Source: Planctomycetota bacterium | Lineage (GTDB): Bacteria; Planctomycetota; UBA1135; UBA2386 | Length of the DNA: 64,000 nucleotides | Direction: 5' to 3' | Assembly: GCA_965228735.1 (NCBI GenBank) | Contig: OZ245838.1 | Location: forward strand, 3,680,001 to 3,744,000 | Shown: one piece after another, positions 59,847 to 64,000 of the stretch | How positions within the stretch are numbered: the first letter of the stretch is position 1 | Layout of the letters: each line of letters starts with the position of its first letter | Position numbers and translations under genes: made by a program | The notes under the pieces: model-generated | What the model was told of the DNA's origin: nothing | What the model saw: the letters and a program-made list of their open reading frames with translations, nothing else | Database searches by the model: none

Positions 59847-60668
59847 TCAGCCCCCCTCCGGCGGCGGCGGCGGCGGCGGGAACATGCCCGTGAGCCAGCT
59901 GCACCAGCCGTCCGCTTCGGCGGCGGCGGCCTTGGCGCCGTCGCCGTAGAAGAACACCTGCAGCGTCGCCATCTGCATGCCCATGCAGTCCATCGCGCTG
60001 AGCATCAGAATGCCCGGGTTGGGCTGGTCGACGGCCACCGTGATACCGCGGCCCTGCGGCAGGTCGTCGACGTCGCGCACCTTGCCGGCGATCGGAACGA
60101 GGCCGGCCGGCTCGAGCTCGACCCGCTGCGCGACCTCGGGGTCGCCGCCGAGCTCGTCGACGAGTCGCTGCCAGATCTCGGCCTTCGACTGCGCGGTCGG
60201 CGCCATGCCGACGAACGACGCCGCGGGCTGACCCGCGTAGTTCTCGAGGTAGAAGCGCAGCACGCGGAAGTAGCCGGGCCAGCCGGTCTCCGTGTGTTCG
60301 ATCTGACCGTCCCATTCGTCGGTGCTCGCGAACAGACTGTGCACGACACGGACGACGCACGTCCCGCCCCCCTTGGCCTCGACCGTCCATTCGGTAGCGA
60401 TGGTCGGCCCACCCTGGAGCCACGAGTCGTCCTCGGCGACCATCCGCATCGGCGGCTGCCACTCCGTGATCTTCGACGCCGTGACCATCCCGCCGCCGAA
60501 GTCACACGACAACGTGCCGCCGACCTTGCCTTCAACGGTCGTCGGAACGAACCACGCCGAGATGCCGGGCCCGGAGGCGATCGCCTCCCAGACCTGCTCC
60601 GGGGTGCCGGGGACTTCGACTTCGACCTGGACGCTGCGACGGCCTGAGGCCTCTTTCTTCACACTCAT
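59847..60668 (-). CDS. SRPBCC (AHSA1-like) domain protein
   Basis: EVPGTPEQVWEAIASGPGISAWF, EGKVGG, WQPPMR, VRVVHS, GWPGYFRVL. Confidence 0.88.
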   Translation of the reverse strand: MSVKKEASGRRSVQVEVEVPGTPEQVWEAIASGPGISAWFVPTTVEGKVGGTLSCDFGGGMVTASKITEWQPPMRMVAEDDSWLQGGPTIATEWTVEAKGGGTCVVRVVHSLFASTDEWDGQIEHTETGWPGYFRVLRFYLENYAGQPAASFVGMAPTAQSKAEIWQRLVDELGGDPEVAQRVELEPAGLVPIAGKVRDVDDLPQGRGITVAVDQPNPGILMLSAMDCMGMQMATLQVFFYGDGAKAAAAEADGWCSWLTGMFPPPPPPPEGG

Positions 60669-61333
60669 TCGGGGGCTCCGCTGGTTGGGGGTTGGTGGTC
60701 GGAGGGATCGTTGGTTGATGTCTCGGAGGGTTCGCCATCCGGCGCCGGCACGGGCAACGGATGCGCGACGAGCACGACGCGGTGCCGTCGGCCGCCGGGC
60801 GCCGACTCGTCGTGGTAGCGCGCGGCAAGATCCTGCACGGCCGTGGTGAGCTCGGCGCTGAACGCGGCGCGCTCGGCCGCGCTGCGAAAGCGGATCTCGG
60901 TGTCGATCGACAGCGTCGCGAGGCGCTGCTGGCGCGCAAACGCCTGCCGCACGAGGTCGCCGACCTCACGCACCGCGCGCGCCGCGAGCGCGATGAGGTA
61001 ACTCGCGGACAGCCGATCGGCCGCGTGTTCGGGCACGGCTTCGACCGGCCCCATCGCGCCCGGCGACACCACGTAGGCCGTCGCGGTCGCGACCAGCCGG
61101 CGCTCGGTCAGCCCACCCCACTTGCGCGTCGAGTCCTCGCGCACGAGCCCGTGCCGAGCCAGCGTGCGGAGGTGGTAGTGCACCTTCTGCCGCGGCATCC
61201 CGACCCGCGACGCGAGCGTCGCCGCGCTCGCGGGCGTCGCCAACTCGGCGAGCAACCGCGACCGGATCGGATCGAGCGCGACCGACGCGGCCGCAGGGTC
61301 CTCGATGACTTCGACAGCCTGCACGGGCCCCAT
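60665..61333 (-). CDS. ArsR-like helix-turn-helix regulator
   Basis: ALDPIRSRLLAEL..PASAATLA...RQKVHYHLRTL..HGLV. ATG start at 61333. Confidence 0.88.
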   Translation of the reverse strand: MGPVQAVEVIEDPAAASVALDPIRSRLLAELATPASAATLASRVGMPRQKVHYHLRTLARHGLVREDSTRKWGGLTERRLVATATAYVVSPGAMGPVEAVPEHAADRLSASYLIALAARAVREVGDLVRQAFARQQRLATLSIDTEIRFRSAAERAAFSAELTTAVQDLAARYHDESAPGGRRHRVVLVAHPLPVPAPDGEPSETSTNDPSDHQPPTSGAPE

Positions 61334-61341
61334 CGATACCC

Positions 61342-61361
61342 TTGACAACATTATTTGTCAA
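61342..61361. promoter_or_regulatory. Perfect palindromic operator TTGACAA-N6-TTGTCAA
   Basis: 8 nt upstream of the regulator ATG; contains TTGACA on both strands; likely autoregulatory site. Confidence 0.7.
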
Positions 61362-61362
61362 T

Positions 61363-61483
61363 AGATGGCGGTACCGAACCCGTTTCGAATCCGCCGCGGG
61401 GAACGAACGGTAATCGACTTAAAAGAAGACACTTAGAGAGCCCGGCGGATGGCGGATTCGAAACGGGTTCGGTAACGCCATCT
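61363..61483. repeat. Palindromic element copy 2 (REP/MITE-like, 33-bp inverted arms)
   Basis: agatggcggtaccgaacccgtttcgaatccgcc (61363-95) and ggcggattcgaaacgggttcggtaacgccatct (61451-83) differ by one mismatch. The relatively AT-rich spacer is unrelated to that of copy 1. Confidence 0.9.
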
Positions 61484-61520
61484 CTGGTTAACGGTGCTGG
61501 GGCGACGGCGTCCGGTAGGC

Positions 61521-62792
61521 ATGAAGCCATTCCTGACGGTCTCTCTCGCGGCCCTGCTCGGCCAGACGCTGACCGCGCAAGCTCCCACGCCGGCCGCCCC
61601 GGCAGACTACGTGGTTCACGAATGGGGCACGTTCACGAGCATGACGGACAAGGAAGGCGCCGTGCTCGAGGGGCTCCATCACGAGGAGGAGCACCTGCCG
61701 AAGTTCGTCCACGACCTGATGAAGGTCACGGAGGAGGGCATCCCCAAGAACGTCAAGCTGCCCGCGAGCTACGTCACGCAGAAGATGGAGACGCCGGTCA
61801 TCTACTTCTACAGCGACAGCGATGAGGCGATGCGCGCCAAGGTGCGCGTGTGGTTCCGCGACGGGCTGATGACGCAGTTCTACCCGCTGCCCGCGACGAT
61901 CTATCCGCGCATCACGACCGCGCAGAAGCAGCTCGTCGACATGCGCAAGGTCAAGGCCTCGGCGCTGACGTGGGACGTCGACGTGCTGCCGCGCTCGGCC
62001 AACGAGGGCACGACCGGCGTGCCCGCGGTCGCCGAGGACGACCCGTGGCACTTCGCGCGCCAGACGCGCGCCAACCTCGTGCGCACGCGGTTGCGGCCCG
62101 GCAGTAAGGCCAAGGCCGAAACCGAGCACTACCTGTTCTATCGCGGGCTCGGCCGCTGGCAGCCAGATGTCACGGGGACGGCGAGCACTGAAGGCACGCT
62201 GCACTTCCAGAACCGCATGGGCCAGACCGTGCCGTTCGCGCTCGCGCTGGAGCTCGGCCCCCGGGGCGGTCGCTTCGTCGTCGGATCAGTGATCGCGTCC
62301 GGCGCGACCCACGACTTCGACTTCGACAACGGCACCGGCTGGATCGAGGACCGCGAACACTTCGCCCGCCGCATCGGCGCGCACGTGCTGCGTGCGCTCG
62401 TCGACCAGGGGCTCTACGTCGACGAGGCGCGCGCGATGGTCGCGACGTGGTCGCGATCGTGGTTCCAGACCGACGGCACGCGCGTCATCTACCTGCTGCC
62501 GCGCCAGACGCTCGACGGCGCGCTCATCCTGTCGCTCGATCCGGCGCCCAAGGAGCTCGTCCGCGTCATGGTCGGCCGCCACGAGATGATCACGCCGGCA
62601 GCGCAGACCGAGGTCGAGAACGCGCTCGACCAGCAGGGCAGCAGCGATCCCACCATCGCGCGCCGCGGCGCCGAGAGACTCATGGCCCTCGATCGCTTCC
62701 TCGAACCGCACCTGCGCAACGTCGCGCGCAACGGTCGCTCGGCCAGGACGCGTCGCGCAGCCGAAGCGATGCTCGCGAACGTCACCCGGTGA
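61521..62792 (+). CDS. Secreted hypothetical protein (HEWGTFT motif)
   Basis: Signal peptide; motif-like blocks VVHEWGTFTS, KMETPVIYFY, YLFYRGLG, GLYVDEARAMVATW, RVMVGRHE. Confidence 0.75.
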   Translation: MKPFLTVSLAALLGQTLTAQAPTPAAPADYVVHEWGTFTSMTDKEGAVLEGLHHEEEHLPKFVHDLMKVTEEGIPKNVKLPASYVTQKMETPVIYFYSDSDEAMRAKVRVWFRDGLMTQFYPLPATIYPRITTAQKQLVDMRKVKASALTWDVDVLPRSANEGTTGVPAVAEDDPWHFARQTRANLVRTRLRPGSKAKAETEHYLFYRGLGRWQPDVTGTASTEGTLHFQNRMGQTVPFALALELGPRGGRFVVGSVIASGATHDFDFDNGTGWIEDREHFARRIGAHVLRALVDQGLYVDEARAMVATWSRSWFQTDGTRVIYLLPRQTLDGALILSLDPAPKELVRVMVGRHEMITPAAQTEVENALDQQGSSDPTIARRGAERLMALDRFLEPHLRNVARNGRSARTRRAAEAMLANVTR

Positions 62793-62811
62793 CCGGTATC
62801 GTCCCGCGCTC

Positions 62812-63384
62812 GTGCCCGAGGTCAGCGATATCGAGCCGGCGACCAGCGCGGTCGCTCGGCTCGTGCAACGCGCGCAGCGCGGCGACAGCGCCGCGTTCGA
62901 CGCGCTCTATCGCGACTTCGGCCGCGTCGTGCACGGCATCGTGCTCGCGCGCTGCGGGCCCGACGCCGCGGACGATCTGACGCAGGACCTCTTCATGCGC
63001 GCCTACCAGCAGCTCGGTGACCTCCGCGATCCGGCCGCGTTCCCCGGCTGGCTCTGCACCGCCGCACGCAACGCGAGCGTCGATCACCTGCGCGGCAGGC
63101 GGCGCCAGCCGACGACGTCCGCCGACGCCCTGCCCGAGATGGCCGACTCCGAACTCGATCCCGGCGAGAGAACCGCCCAGCGCGACGCCGCCGCGGCCGT
63201 GCTCGCGTGCATCGCCAAGCTGCCGGAGGCCTACCGCGAGACGCTCGTGCTACGCCTCGTCGAAGGTCTGCCCGGTCCGGCGATCGCCGCGCGCACCGGC
63301 ATGACGCACGGCTCGGTCCGGGTCAACCTCACGCGCGGCATGGGCATGCTGCGTCCGCTGCTCACGGAGGCCGGCCTGCCATGA
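62812..63384 (+). CDS. ECF sigma factor
   Basis: GDSAAFDALY, ADDLTQDLF, FPGWL..AARN, LPEAYRETLVLR, GSVRVNLTRG. Confidence 0.93.
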   Translation: MPEVSDIEPATSAVARLVQRAQRGDSAAFDALYRDFGRVVHGIVLARCGPDAADDLTQDLFMRAYQQLGDLRDPAAFPGWLCTAARNASVDHLRGRRRQPTTSADALPEMADSELDPGERTAQRDAAAAVLACIAKLPEAYRETLVLRLVEGLPGPAIAARTGMTHGSVRVNLTRGMGMLRPLLTEAGLP

Positions 63385-64000
63385 GCAATCGGAAGGACAG
63401 CCACGGGCAGGGCGATGCGCACGCCGACGACCGCTACCTCTGGGACCGGAGCGGCGAGCCGGATCCGACCGTGCGCGAACTCGAGAACCTGCTCGGCCAG
63501 TTCGCCCACGACGGTCGGCCGCTCGCGTTGCCGCAAGAGGGTCGGCCGCGGCCGTTCGTGCTGCTGGCCGGCCTCGCATCGATCGCCGCCGCCGCAGCTG
63601 CGGTCCTCGCGTTCTTCCTCTGGCCGAACGCGCTCGCGCCGGGTGCGGAATCTCGTGAGTTCGTCGCGCAGAAGAGCGCGGTCACCGTCGAGCTCGGCGA
63701 TCTCGCGCGCATCACGCTCGCACCCGGATCGCGCATGCGCTTCGAGCACTGGCGCGAGGACGAGGCGCTGTTTCGGCTGGAACGCGGCGAACTCGAGGCC
63801 TGGGTCGCGCCCCCGCCCGCGGTCCCGCCCGACTTCTTCCGCGTCGACAGTCCGCTCGGTCGCGTCACCGACAAGGGCTGCCGCTTCGTGCTCGGGATCG
63901 ACGGCGACGGCACGCAGCGCGTGCGCGTGACCGAGGGCGACGTGACGTTCGGCTTCGGCGATCGTGAGGTCTGGGTGCCGGCCGGCGCCTCGACGACCGT
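63381..64000 (+). CDS. FecR-domain anti-sigma factor (partial, runs off right edge)
   Basis: Manual translation from ATG 63381: ...DDRYLWDRSG...TM(VLLAGLASIAAAAAAVLAFFLW)...ITLAPGSRM...FRLERGEL...FRVDSPLG.VTDKGCRF...VRVTEGDV. Confidence 0.85.
   Translation, partial: MSNRKDSHGQGDAHADDRYLWDRSGEPDPTVRELENLLGQFAHDGRPLALPQEGRPRPFVLLAGLASIAAAAAAVLAFFLWPNALAPGAESREFVAQKSAVTVELGDLARITLAPGSRMRFEHWREDEALFRLERGELEAWVAPPPAVPPDFFRVDSPLGRVTDKGCRFVLGIDGDGTQRVRVTEGDVTFGFGDREVWVPAGASTT

Overview
High-GC bacterial chromosomal segment. The gene content (four ECF sigma factors with varied partners, an ECF/Ser-Thr kinase pair, a sulfatase, an FGE-family protein, many secreted proteins and lipoproteins) suggests Planctomycetota; this is an inference. 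About 57 CDS can be supported, including housekeeping genes speA (partial), glyA, pepE, hflK/hflC, aspA, an rlmL-like methyltransferase, gspG and proS. No rRNA, tRNA, CRISPR array or transposase is visible. The main finds are: (1) two exported proteins read through an in-frame TGA sitting exactly at the first Cys of a CxxC motif, each followed by a SECIS-like hairpin. One is an HMA/CopZ-like lipoprotein (14726-15055, U-G-H-C) missing from the ORF track, the other a TlpA-like thioredoxin (33889-34962, W-U-G-P-C) split in two by the track; both are probable selenoproteins. (2) A 1204-aa protein with a voltage-sensor-like S1-S4 module but no recognisable pore. (3) A translationally coupled C39-peptidase / RimK-like ATP-grasp / GCS2 ligase / N-formylglutamate amidohydrolase operon. 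(4) A 754-aa protein built of tandem ~85-90-aa STAS- or ExbD-like units. (5) A cNMP-domain-aspartase fusion. (6) A ~120-bp palindromic element found twice, both times just upstream of an ArsR-SRPBCC operon. All family calls come from motif recognition by eye, not database searches.
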